64,000 nt of DNA, taken from positions 96,001-160,000 of the forward strand of contig CAWJKT010000001.1 in assembly GCA_963843375.1 (NCBI GenBank), read 5' to 3'. The DNA comes from an uncultured Pseudomonadota bacterium (GTDB lineage: Bacteria; Oederibacteriota; Muellerivitia; Muellerivitales; Muellerivitaceae). This document shows, one piece after another, positions 11,118-20,948 of this stretch. Every line of letters starts with the position of its first letter. Within the stretch, counting starts at the first letter, position 1. The position numbers and the translations under genes were made by a program. The notes under the pieces were generated by a model, which was not told the DNA's origin, ran no database searches, and worked only from the letters and a program-made list of their open reading frames with translations.

Positions 11118-12433
11118 ATGACCTCGCCGCTTTCGTTGGACCTATCTTATATTTCTGACCTGGTTTCCGAATCGGATATCGCTGCCCTTTCGCCTCGGGT
11201 GGAGAAAGCCATCAAGTCGCTCTTGGAAAAAACAGGACGGGGGTCCGATTACCTGGGCTGGATCGACCTGCCCTTTGAGGCGCAAAAGCAGCTGGCGGAT
11301 TTGAATAAGGCCGTGAAACCATTCACCTCCTGCGAGTCAGTGGTGTCGGTTGGAATAGGAGGTTCCTACCTGGGCATCAAGGCCACTATCGAAGCCTTGG
11401 GCGGATCGGATAAGATTCATTACGCAGGCAATCATCTCTCGCCCACCGCCTTTCAAAAATTAATGAAGGACTTGAACCCGAAGAAAACGGGCATCGTGGT
11501 CATTTCCAAATCCGGCACCACCACCGAACCGGCGGTGGCTTTTCGCGTCTTGAAAACCTGGGTGGAAAAGGCCGTGGGGAAAAAGAAAGCGGCCAAACGC
11601 ATCGTGGCCGTGACAGACCAGTCCAAGGGCGCCCTCAAGGGGCATGGCGGACGCGGAAGGTTACAAGACCTTCGTGATCCCCGATGACGTGGGGGGGCGT
11701 TACTCGGTGCTGACGCCGGTGGGGCTGCTTCCCATCGCCGTGGCGGGTTTCGACATCGGCAAGATCTTGAAAGGCGCGCAGGACGCCGCCAAGGAAATGA
11801 AATCCCCCAGCTTGTCCGTGAACCTCTCGGCCCGTTACGCGGCGGCCCGGTACATTCTTTCCCAAAAAGGAAAGGTCACCGAGGTCCTGGCCAATTTCCG
11901 GCCCGAACTGCATTACGTGAGCGAATGGTGGAAGCAGCTTTACGGGGAGTCCGAGGGCAAGGAAGGAAAGGGTCTTTTCCCCGCCAGCGTGGATTTAACG
12001 ACGGACCTGCACAGCATGGGACAGTACCTTCAAGAGGGTCAGCGCAATTTGCTGGAGACCATCCTGTGGGTGACCCACGAGGACAAAGACATCGCAATCC
12101 CCAAGGACAAGGACGACCGCGAGGGCTTGAATTTTCTGGCGGGCAAAAAACTTTCCTGGGTGAACGAGCAGGCCATGAAGGCCACGGCCCTGGCCCACCG
12201 GGATGGGGGGCTTCCCGTGATCCGCCTGACCCTGGATGAGCTTTCCGAATACTCTCTCGGGTTACCTTTATTATTTCTTCGAAATGGCCTGCGGCATTTC
12301 GGGAAGGCTCTTGGGCATCAATCCCTTCGACCAGCCGGGTGTGGAGGCTTACAAGAAAAACATGTTCGCGCTTTTGGGTAAAAAAGGTTTCGAGTCCCTC
12401 GCGGCGGAATTAAAAGGGAAGGGAGTCGATTGA
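11118..12433 (+). CDS. pgi: Glucose-6-phosphate isomerase (two +1 shifts, near 11640 and 12260)
   Basis: [72 protein letters not shown] and [13 protein letters not shown]. Confidence 0.95.
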
Positions 12434-12450
12434 AGACTAAGAAAAACGGA

Positions 12451-12584
12451 TTGAATCACGAAGCGCCCCAAGGACACCAAGGGAACCAAAAGGTATAGGA
12501 AGTGTTAAGAAAGAATAAATGTATAAATGTTTTCGATGGTTTCTGTTGTCTTTTTTGGTGAACTTTGCGTCCTAAGTGGTTCAA
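12451..12584. repeat. Imperfect long inverted repeat (REP-like palindromic element)
   Basis: Left arm TTGAATCAC...GGACACCAA pairs with right arm TTGGTGAACTTTGCGTCCTAAGTGGTTCAA. A similar element lies at 40637-40729. Confidence 0.45.
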
Positions 12585-12627
12585 ATTCGGTTTGGTTTGA
12601 ATTTGTAGAAAAAATATAATAATTCCT

Positions 12628-12656
12628 TTGACAGCCTACCCCTGGGGGTATATAAA
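12628..12656 (+). promoter_or_regulatory. Sigma70-type promoter of nrdJ
   Basis: TTGACA (12628-12633), a 17-bp spacer and TATAAA (12651-12656). Confidence 0.8.
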
Positions 12657-12680
12657 CGGATCGTTAACTAAATATGGTGT
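12633..12680 (+). promoter_or_regulatory. Tandem NrdR boxes
   Basis: TAACTAAATATGGTGT (12665-12680) fits the consensus acaCwAtATaTwGtgt. A degenerate copy, AGCCTACCCCTGGGGG (12633-12648), lies 32 bp upstream, which is the usual tandem spacing, and both sit in front of an RNR gene. Confidence 0.7.
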
Positions 12681-12926
12681 TAAACAACTTATTTTAACCT
12701 TATTTGGTCGGCCTTTTTGGTGTGAATGGGGAAGAAGTTCAAGCGCCAAAAAAGGGGGGATTTTAACCGGGGGATCCGTCCGTTTCGCCTCAACTACTAT
12801 TCGCCTGCTCCATACGACTTCAAAAACGATATCCACGACAACCCATGGTTCCCACACTAAGTTAACCCTAAGTTAACTTTAGGCGGGAATTGTTGGCTCA
12901 AAACATATTCAGTTAAAGGAGGATGC

Positions 12927-15697
12927 ATGTCCAAGCCTGTACAGCCGAGCGCCGCGACTCAATCATTTCGTGAGGCCCAATACTTTCACTCGTGAGGGCG
13001 GCCTAAAGATCAAGCGTTACTTCACCAAGAAGGGTGTACATCCCTTCGACGACGTGGAATGGGAACTGCGTTCCGCCTCCATCACCGACGAAAAAGGGAA
13101 AGTGATTTTTGAACAAAAGGATGTCGAAGTTCCCAAAACCTGGTCCCAGACGGCCACCAACATCGTGGTCTCCAAATATTTCCACGGGGTCATGGGCACC
13201 GAAAAGCGTGAACGCTCCGTCAAGCAACTCATCCGCCGCGTCGCCGATACCATCGCCGAATGGGGCAAGGACATGGGCTACTTCGCCTCCGACGACGACG
13301 CCGAGATTTTCCATAACGAACTCCTGCACCTTCTCGTGCACCAGAAGATGGCTTTCAACTCCCCCGTTTGGTTCAACGTCGGCATCGAACCCCGTCCCCA
13401 GTGTTCCGCCTGCTTCATCAACTCCGTTTCCGACAACATGGAATCCATTCTTGATCTCGCCAAGACCGAGGGCATGCTCTTCAAGTTCGGCTCGGGCACG
13501 GGCACCAACTTTCTCATCCCTTCGCGCCAGCAAGGAGAAGCTTTCGGGCGGCGGCACGGCCTCCGGCCCGGTTTCTTTCCTAAAGGGTTTCGACAGCTTC
13601 GCGGGCGTCATCAAGTCGGGCGGGCGCACGCGCCGCGCGGCCAAGATGGTCATCCTGGACGCCGACCATCCGGATATCGTGGAATTCATCAAGTGCAAAT
13701 CGGAAGAGGAAAAGAAAGCCTGGGCCCTCATCGAGGCTGGCTATGACGGCGGGTTCAACGTTCCAGGCGGAGCCTATGACTCCGTCCAGTTCCAGAACGC
13801 CAATCACTCCATTCGCGTCACCGACGAGTTCATGAACGCCGCCGCCAACGATGGCGCCTGGACCACCAAGGCGCGTAAAGACGGCAAGGCCATGGATACC
13901 TACAAGGCGAAGGAACTGCTTCGCATGATCGCCGAATCCACCTGGATCTGCGGCGACCCGGGCATGCAGTACGACACCATCATCAACAAGTGGCACACCA
14001 GTTCCAATACGGCGCGCATCAATTCCTCCAACCCTTGCTCGGAGTACATGTACCTGGACGATTCGGCCTGTAACCTGGCGTCGCTGAACCTCATGAAGTT
14101 CCGCAACGCCGATGACGAGTTCGACATCGAGGCCTTCCGGCACGCGGTGGATATCACCATCCTAGCGCAGGAAATTACGGTGGATAACGCCAGCTACCCC
14201 ACCAAGCCCATCGAGCGAAACAGCCACGACTACCGGCCCTTGGGTTTAGGTTACGCCAACTTGGGCGCCCTTCTCATGTCGAGGGGCCTACCTTACGACG
14301 GCGACGAAGGCCGCAATTACGCCGCCGCCATCACCGCTCTCATGCAAGGCGAGGCCAATCTCATGTCGTCCAAGATCGCCAAGGAAGTGGGTCCTTTCGC
14401 CGGCTATGCCCGCAATGAAGAGCCCATGCTCAATGTCATGAAGATGCACCAAACCGAGGCCGCCAAGATCAAGCGCGAGGGCGTCACCGACGAACTTTTC
14501 ATTGCCTCCCAGCATGTCTGGAAGGAAGTCCAAACCCACGGGAAAGAATGGGGTTTCCGCAACGGCCAAGTGACGGTTTTGGCCCCCACGGGCACCATCG
14601 GGTTCCTCATGGATTGCGATACCACCGGCGTGGAGCCGGATATCGCCCTGGTGAAATACAAGAAGTTGGTGGGCGGAGGGGTCATCAAGATCGTCAACCA
14701 GACCGTTCCCGCGGCCCTGAAGAACCTCAAATATTCGGAAAGCCAGGTGAAGGACATCTTGGCTTATATCGAGGCCCACGACACCATCGAGGGCGCCCCG
14801 CACCTGAAATCCGAGCACCTGCCGGTGTTCGACTGCGCTTTCAAGCCCATGAACGGTACCCGTTCGATCCACTATATGGGCCACGTGCGCATGATGGGGG
14901 CGGTCCAGCCCTTCCTGTCGGGGGCCATCTCCAAGACGGTCAACCTGCCCCATGAAGCCACCGTGGAAGATATTATGCAGGCCTATATCGAATCCTGGAA
15001 ACTGGGCCTCAAGGCCGTCGCCATCTACCGGGACGGCTGCAAGCGGTCCCAGCCCCTCTCCACCACTATGGACGGGGAGAAACTCAAGGTTGCCAAGCCC
15101 ATCCGTCGCCGCTTGCCCGACGAGCGGGAAGCCATCACCCACAAATTCTCCATCGCCGGCCACGAAGGCTACATAACCGTGGGCAAGTTTGAGGACGGGA
15201 CTCCGGGCGAGCTTTTCATCACCATGTCAAAGGAAGGATCCACGGTCTCCGGGCTTATGGACTCCTTTGCCACCGGCATATCTCTAGCGCTGCAGTACGG
15301 CGTGCCGTTGAAGGTGTTGGTGAACAAGTTCAGCCATAGCCGCTACGAGCCCTCCGGCATCACCAACAATCCGGAAGTGCGCTTCGCCAAGTCCATCACC
15401 GATTATATCTTCCGCTGGTTGGCCCTGAAGTTTCTGCCTGCGGGCGAGCGCGGCGCGGCGGAAGCCGCGGACGGATTAGAATCCACCCATGCGGCTAAGG
15501 TGACGGCCTCTGCTCCGCCCGCGGTACAGTTGCCCCTGAAGCCGCTGGAGGAGCTTTCCTCCAACGAGAAGAGGGAAAAGGGCGTGTTCGTGACCCAGGC
15601 GGACGCTCCGCCCTGTCCCGAATGCGGAACGATCATGGTGCGCAACGCGGCATGTTATAAGTGCCTGAACTGTGGTTCCACCAGCGGATGCTCCTGA
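12927..15697 (+). CDS. nrdJ: Adenosylcobalamin-dependent (class II) ribonucleotide reductase with TSCPD and Zn-ribbon C-terminus; frameshifts near 12965 and 13510
   Basis: AAGGAGG RBS then ATG at 12927. Motifs FNSPVWFNVG, QCSACFI, KSGGRTRRAAKM, SNPCSEY, ACNLASLN, GLGYANLG, VLAPTGTIG, SGAISKTVN, YRDGCK and CPECG...CLNCG. Confidence 0.95.
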
Positions 15698-15772
15698 TTT
15701 TTTAGGAGCGCCGTTCGCTGTTGACGAAATTGTCCCTCATGCAATGAGGGGCAACCTAAAGTTAGGCCGAGC

Positions 15773-15805
15773 CCCGTTCTCTTCATTGAGGGCGGGTTTT
15801 TTTTT
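15773..15805 (+). terminator. Rho-independent terminator after nrdJ
   Basis: CCCGTTCTC-ttcatt-GAGGGCGGG stem followed by T9. Confidence 0.8.
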
Positions 15806-15883
15806 AGGCGAGAATCTTTGAAAATGGAATTAGCAAAAGAGGGAAAAGGTGTCTTTAAACCCTGCAATCAATTGGGCCGGGCC

Positions 15884-16393
15884 TCAAGGCTCTTTGGGCG
15901 CCGGAGGAACCTTCCGTGTGGCCAATTGAACAGCGGCGCCAGCCAAACCCAAGGCCAAGGCTCCCAACCCCACATAACGTCCTGAGAAGAGACAGCCCAG
16001 GAGGGTGTCCAAAGAAAAACGTCCAGGCCCGATAAAAGCCAGGCTTAAAGCCGAAAATCCCAATACAACATTGAATTCATATCCGCGGTTCTGGATGAAG
16101 AAACCGAATTTGAGGTGTGAGCTCACGGCCGCCACTACCATGACGGAGAAAACCAGCATGCCCCCCACCGGCGTCGCCAAGCCAAGGGCCAGCAACAGCC
16201 CGCCCCCGGCCTCCGTTAACCCTGCCATGAGGGCGTTTCGCTTGCCCGGAACAAAGCCAACGGTTTCCAGGAATTTCCCGGTCCCTTCCAGACCATGGCC
16301 TCCGAACCAGCCGAATAATTTCTGCAGGCCGTGAGCCGCCATCGTCAAGCCAATCACCAGCCGAAGCATCAGTAATCCGATACCCATTCGCAT
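15884..16393 (-). CDS. DoxX family membrane protein
   Basis: LLMLRLVIGLTMAAHGLQKLFGWFGGHG, EAGGGLLLALGLAT, GYEF and GPGRFSLD. Confidence 0.9.
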   Translation of the reverse strand: MRMGIGLLMLRLVIGLTMAAHGLQKLFGWFGGHGLEGTGKFLETVGFVPGKRNALMAGLTEAGGGLLLALGLATPVGGMLVFSVMVVAAVSSHLKFGFFIQNRGYEFNVVLGFSALSLAFIGPGRFSLDTLLGCLFSGRYVGLGALALGLAGAAVQLATRKVPPAPKEP

Positions 16394-16491
16394 CCTCCTC
16401 GTTGAAATTAAAATTTCAAGTTTGTATGATCACATTAGGGAGTAGGTATTTAATTCGCAAGTAGATACAAAAAGGATAGGTAGGCACAAAA

Positions 16492-16944
16492 ATGAAACCA
16501 GTCCGCTCCGGCAAGGTCATCCCGTTGAAAAGTGAGAAAAAACCCCTCCGATTCACTGTCGGGGGCTGCCCAAAGGAAGCCAAACTGGAAAACGCATCCG
16601 TAATCGAGAATGTCCTCAAAGTGATCGGAGGCAAATGGAAGGTGCTCATCGTTTTCCACCTGGCCCATAATGATGTTGTCCGTTTTGGGCAACTGAGGCG
16701 GAAGATCCCCGGGGTAACCCAAAGGATACTTACGAACCAGCTTCGGGAAATGGAGGCGGATGGCCTGATCCTGCGCAAGGTCTACGCCGAAGTGCCCCCC
16801 AAGGTGGAATATTCCTTGAGCGAGGCGGGCCGGGAACTCAAGGCGGTCTATACCGAAATGCGGAAATGGGGGGATAAAAACTCCCAACTTTTGGCCAGGG
16901 CCCAGAAGGCGCACGAGGCGGAATTTAAGGTTTCTCAAGCCTGA
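16492..16944 (+). CDS. HxlR-family winged-HTH transcriptional regulator
   Basis: IGGKWKVLI, RFGQLRRKIPGVTQRILTNQLREMEADGLI.RKVYAEVPPKVEYSL. Divergent from DoxX. Confidence 0.93.
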   Translation: MKPVRSGKVIPLKSEKKPLRFTVGGCPKEAKLENASVIENVLKVIGGKWKVLIVFHLAHNDVVRFGQLRRKIPGVTQRILTNQLREMEADGLILRKVYAEVPPKVEYSLSEAGRELKAVYTEMRKWGDKNSQLLARAQKAHEAEFKVSQA

Positions 16945-16987
16945 AAAAAGTGACAAGGCTCCAGGCCTCGCTAGGCGAACCGGGGAA

Positions 16988-17870
16988 ATGAAAATGTTAA
17001 TCAAGAAATCAGTGGCCTTTTGGACCCTGTTCCTACTACCGGGGTCTTTGGGCTATTGTGATATGAAGCGTCCTTATCCGGGTATGCCCAATACGGTTTA
17101 CATGTGTGTGGTCGACCAAAGCCCGCCTATCTCCGGGATTGGCCTGGCGGGTTTTATGAAATCCCCGATACGAATGTGCTTATTTCCAACGTTTTGGGCG
17201 ATGACTCTACGGTTGGGTCATCCGTCCTTTTTGGAATGATAGGGCATGAAATAGCGGGAGGGGGAATCGCAGAAGCTTCCCAGAAAAAAACACAAGGATT
17301 GGAGAAGGATTTGGCCAGGACCTTCCAGCCATGGCCAAGGATTGCATCCAAAATGAATTCAACCAATTCAAAGATAAGGGCCAGATTAAATACAGCGATA
17401 AACCGGAGGAAAGCGAAATTCAAATCACGCCCTATACGGTTTTCAATTTCGTGAATGAAAACCAAAGTCAACTTTGGACACTACTTAAACTGGAATTAAA
17501 TCCGGCCAACCATAATTTTGACGGCTGGAAGTGCCGTTATATTGTCGGCCTTGGGCAGTCCCGCCCCATGACGGGCGAAGGAGGATGGACCACGGATCAG
17601 GAAAAAATTCTCAAACGTGATTTGAATTACAACTTCCAAGTGGCCGCTTGGGTGATGTTGAGGGATATTCTGGGAAAGCTTCGCCAAGAAAAAGTTCCGA
17701 CCCAAAAGTTATCCGGTAGGTGGGTATTTTATAATGATTATCACGAGGCCAACGTCAAGGTTCTGGAAAAAACCGAAAATTGGGATGTGGTTCTTCCCAT
17801 GGTCGACGACGATGAACATTTCGCCGGGATCAACGTTCTTCGCAAGGATTTTGCCATCCCAAATCCTTAA
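16988..17870 (+). CDS. Hypothetical exported protein (split over three frames)
   Basis: Signal-like N-terminus in ORF 16988. Protein-like sequence continues in ORFs 17104 and 17331. Confidence 0.5.
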
Positions 17871-17969
17871 GATCGATTCAAAATATAAAAAAACGGAAAA
17901 ACGGCAAAAGAAGGGACAGCCTGGTTCGTTTAAAGTATGGATCGTTGGGTGGGACTCTTGGGTTCCCCT

Positions 17970-18377
17970 TTAATCCAGATCCTCATTCTTCGGGATATCC
18001 TTTATCTCCCCCAGCGCCATCTTCACTGCCAAGACCAATTCCTGGTTGGTGAAGGGCTTCGCCAGGAAAGACGCCTTCTTGTTGCGCAGGTGCTGGCGAA
18101 CCAGCGGATCTTGAGGGGCGCCCGACATATAAAGGACTTTCAAGTTGGGATTGATGTCTTTCAGAAATGAAGCGTATTCACTGCCCGTTAAGCCCGGCAG
18201 GTTGATGTCGGCTAAGAGAAGGTCTACGATGCCGCCCTGCAGTCGGGCCATGGCGTTGGCAATCACCGAGTCCTCGGCGGGTATTACGGAATACCCATAA
18301 CTTTCCAGCACCTTCTTTACTATCAGTCTGAGAGCCGCATCGTCCTCGACCAAAAGGACGGTTTTGGAGGTCAACAT
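17970..18377 (-). CDS. Single-domain response regulator receiver
   Basis: VLLVEDD, DLLLADINLP, VLYMSG and FLAKPF. Confidence 0.9.
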   Translation of the reverse strand: MLTSKTVLLVEDDAALRLIVKKVLESYGYSVIPAEDSVIANAMARLQGGIVDLLLADINLPGLTGSEYASFLKDINPNLKVLYMSGAPQDPLVRQHLRNKKASFLAKPFTNQELVLAVKMALGEIKDIPKNEDLD

Positions 18378-18643
18378 CGGTTTTTCCTTTTGTCGCTTTT
18401 TATTGATGGGTAGCCTCGTGAAAGAGGCAAGCCGCCATGATCCATTTTAAAAGAGAAAAAGGTGATCGGGTTACTATTTCGCATTTTGGAAGGAATAAAA
18501 GTAATTTATCTTAATATCCCAGAGGGGTATGACTATAGGGGCCCTGAACTATTAAAATGGAGAGGAAAAGAACAGCCTTTTTTCAAAAAAGACGGGTCAA
18601 GCTAAACCCAGCGTTTTTCAAGATTAAAATTTAGGAGTCGCCG

Positions 18644-18997
18644 ATGCCCGAAATCAAAAAAGCCTATGTCACCATCATGGTCTCCGACCTGGACAAGGCC
18701 GTGGAGTTCTATAACGGGCTCTTGGGGCTCTATGAGGATCTGCGTTTTGGGGACAGTTGGGCGGAGATGGTCACCAAGGGCTTAACGGTTGGACTGCATC
18801 CCAAAAGACCGGGGGCCCATCCGGCACCCAAGGAAAACCATGTTTCCATCGGGTTCGAGGTGCAGGATCTTCGGAAAACCGCCAAGGAACTGGAGGAAAA
18901 GGGAATAGTCTTCCAATACCAGGAGAACGAGGTAAACCTGCTGGCTTTCTTCAAAGATCCGGATGGGACCCACCTTTACCTGACCCAGGTCCGTTAA
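18644..18997 (+). CDS. VOC/glyoxalase family protein
   Basis: AGGAG RBS, IMVSDLDKAVEFYNGLLGL, IGFEVQDL and FFKDPDG. Confidence 0.9.
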   Translation: MPEIKKAYVTIMVSDLDKAVEFYNGLLGLYEDLRFGDSWAEMVTKGLTVGLHPKRPGAHPAPKENHVSIGFEVQDLRKTAKELEEKGIVFQYQENEVNLLAFFKDPDGTHLYLTQVR

Positions 18998-19004
18998 GAC
19001 AAAT

Positions 19005-19601
19005 TTAAGGGGTGGGGTTGGGAGTGGGAGTGTTGAGGGAAAAAACAATGGGGGTCGTCATGATAACCGGAAAGGAATCCGTGGAAACCGTCCAGGTCAC
19101 CGGCAAGTTGGAAGTTGGAACCGCCACCGCTGAATAGGTGGAGCCAAGACAAACCACGTAGCATTCGACCTCCGGAGTCCTTTCATTCACCGAAATGTTC
19201 ACTTGGCCCGCTCCTTCGCAAACCCCGGTGATTGAAGTGATGAGGGTGGGGCAGCAAAGGGCGTTGGAGACAATGATCAACATATCCGTTGCGAAGTCTA
19301 CCGGCGCCGCGGGCGGCGAGGAAGAGCCGTAGAGGGCGTCCCAATCGGCTTGGGTGCGGATGATGGTGAACGGGGCGCCGCTTGAGGGATTGGTCTGGGG
19401 CACGTCATTGGGGTTGGCTCCGGATGGAAGCGCGGCGGCCACCAAGCCCGGGGCTCCGGAATAACAAGCCGGCGTGGAAGTGGCGGTGGGGGTCGGGGTG
19501 GCCACCATCGGGGAAAGAGGCCCGAGGTTATAGTTTTTTTGGCAAGCCAGCGGGAAAAGGGACGCTAAAATCACAGCCTCGAAAAGGAATGATTTTTTCA
19601 T
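19005..19601 (-). CDS. Lipoprotein with PrcB C-terminal-like domain and short TPT tracts
   Basis: LFPLAC lipobox and TPTPTAT linker. IIRTQADWDALY...PVDFATDMLIIV...YSAVAVP resembles PrcB_C. Confidence 0.55.
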   Translation of the reverse strand: MKKSFLFEAVILASLFPLACQKNYNLGPLSPMVATPTPTATSTPACYSGAPGLVAAALPSGANPNDVPQTNPSSGAPFTIIRTQADWDALYGSSSPPAAPVDFATDMLIIVSNALCCPTLITSITGVCEGAGQVNISVNERTPEVECYVVCLGSTYSAVAVPTSNLPVTWTVSTDSFPVIMTTPIVFSLNTPTPNPTP

Positions 19602-19765
19602 ATATTGCCCTGCCGTCCAAATATCGAAATAGGATATTCCCAATAGTACCACTGAATTAGTTTGTTTCCGCTCTTTTGATGGGCTCTTCTTGATATCCCC
19701 CTGAATTTGACTGTTTAATGCTATACGAAAAGCTTGTTTGATGAATCCAGGGAAAACAGGTACCT

Positions 19766-20743
19766 ATGCGTGTGATGGCGGCAAACCAATATGGGCCTTT
19801 GGAACAACTGCGGGTTTTGGAACTTCCAACGCCCGAACCGAGTCTGGGAGAGGTGCGGGTCGGGGTTTGCGCCTCGGCTTTGAATCCCGCCGACTTTAAA
19901 GTGATTCTGGGGATGATGAAATTCCTTCATGGGCGCAATTTTCCCCTGGTGGTGGGCTATGATTTTTCCGGAACTGTCGAAGCGGTGGGTCCCGGAGTGG
20001 GGCAGTTGAAAACCGGCGACGAAGTTTTCGGTTTCCTGCCATATGGCATGGCCAACCGTCAGGGGGCCTTCGCGGAAACCCTCATTGCCAAGGTCGATGA
20101 GCTGGCCCTGAAACCTTCCGGTGTCTCCCATATCCAGGCCGCCGCCGCAGCGACCCCGGGGCTTTCCGCCATTCAATCCCTGAGGGACTTGGGCCGACTT
20201 GGAAATCCGGGTACCCGGGTCCTCATCACAGGAGTGTCCGGCGGGGTGGGTTCCATCGCCATCGGAATCGCCCGGAAGTTGGGAGCTTCGGTAACCGCCG
20301 TGGGTTCGGGCAAGGGGATCGAACTGGCCCACCGGTTGGGCGCTGAAACGGTGATCGATCGTAAAACTTCGGATCCCATTTCAACGGCCCGAGGTCCTTT
20401 CGACGTCGTTTTCGACTCGGCGGCGGGATACCGTTGGAGCCAGTGGAGAGCTCAACTGAAACCGGGAGGAACCTATATCACCACCCTTCCTTCGCTTACA
20501 TTCGGGGTGGATTTGATTAAGAGCCTTTTTTCCCCGATCCGCGCCAAATTTCTGATAGTAAAATCAAAGGCGGCGGACCTAGAGTTGCTCGGGAATTGGC
20601 TGGCGGGTGGACTGGAGGTTCCCTTGGACTCTACAATTCCGGTCCGGGACGTCGCCAAAGGCTTGGCACGACTGAAAGCTGGCGAGGTCTTGGGGCGAAT
20701 TTCCGTTGATATCCCAAATCAATTTGGAAGCAAAGAAAATTAA
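19766..20743 (+). CDS. NADPH:quinone oxidoreductase / MDR family (Zn-independent)
   Basis: ASALNPADFK, GYDFSGTVEAVG, GAFAE, VLITGVSGGVGS and FDVVFD. Confidence 0.9.
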   Translation: MRVMAANQYGPLEQLRVLELPTPEPSLGEVRVGVCASALNPADFKVILGMMKFLHGRNFPLVVGYDFSGTVEAVGPGVGQLKTGDEVFGFLPYGMANRQGAFAETLIAKVDELALKPSGVSHIQAAAAATPGLSAIQSLRDLGRLGNPGTRVLITGVSGGVGSIAIGIARKLGASVTAVGSGKGIELAHRLGAETVIDRKTSDPISTARGPFDVVFDSAAGYRWSQWRAQLKPGGTYITTLPSLTFGVDLIKSLFSPIRAKFLIVKSKAADLELLGNWLAGGLEVPLDSTIPVRDVAKGLARLKAGEVLGRISVDIPNQFGSKEN

Positions 20744-20769
20744 AATTTGATTCTGGAATCAAAAGCCCA

Positions 20770-20827
20770 GAGGTAAGCCCCAAAGCCCCCCGCTCTTTTA
20801 TTTTGGGGGAATTTTTGGGCTTACCTC
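20770..20827. terminator. Long GC-rich hairpin after the oxidoreductase (terminator or stabiliser)
   Basis: GAGGTAAGCCC...GGGCTTACCTC perfect 11-bp outer stem, with an inner CCCCC/GGGGG pairing. Confidence 0.45.
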
Positions 20828-20948
20828 CCGTCTCAAATAAGTCCAAAGATAAAGTTTAATTCAAACATCGGCCATACCTTGAAGTAAAATGCTGCCCCGT
20901 GGACATAGCCCTGACGGAAAATTAAAAAGGGGAAGAAAGAATATCGCG

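Noticed and set aside
12681..12926. Cobalamin riboswitch upstream of nrdJ
   Set aside because: The conserved elements (GGGAA...GCCCCCGC.ACTGT, GCCACTG, B12 box) were not found by eye.
13003..15163. Long antisense ORFs within nrdJ (similar ones occur within the MCP and ABC genes)
   Set aside because: These are expected by-products of high-GC3 codon usage opposite well-supported genes.
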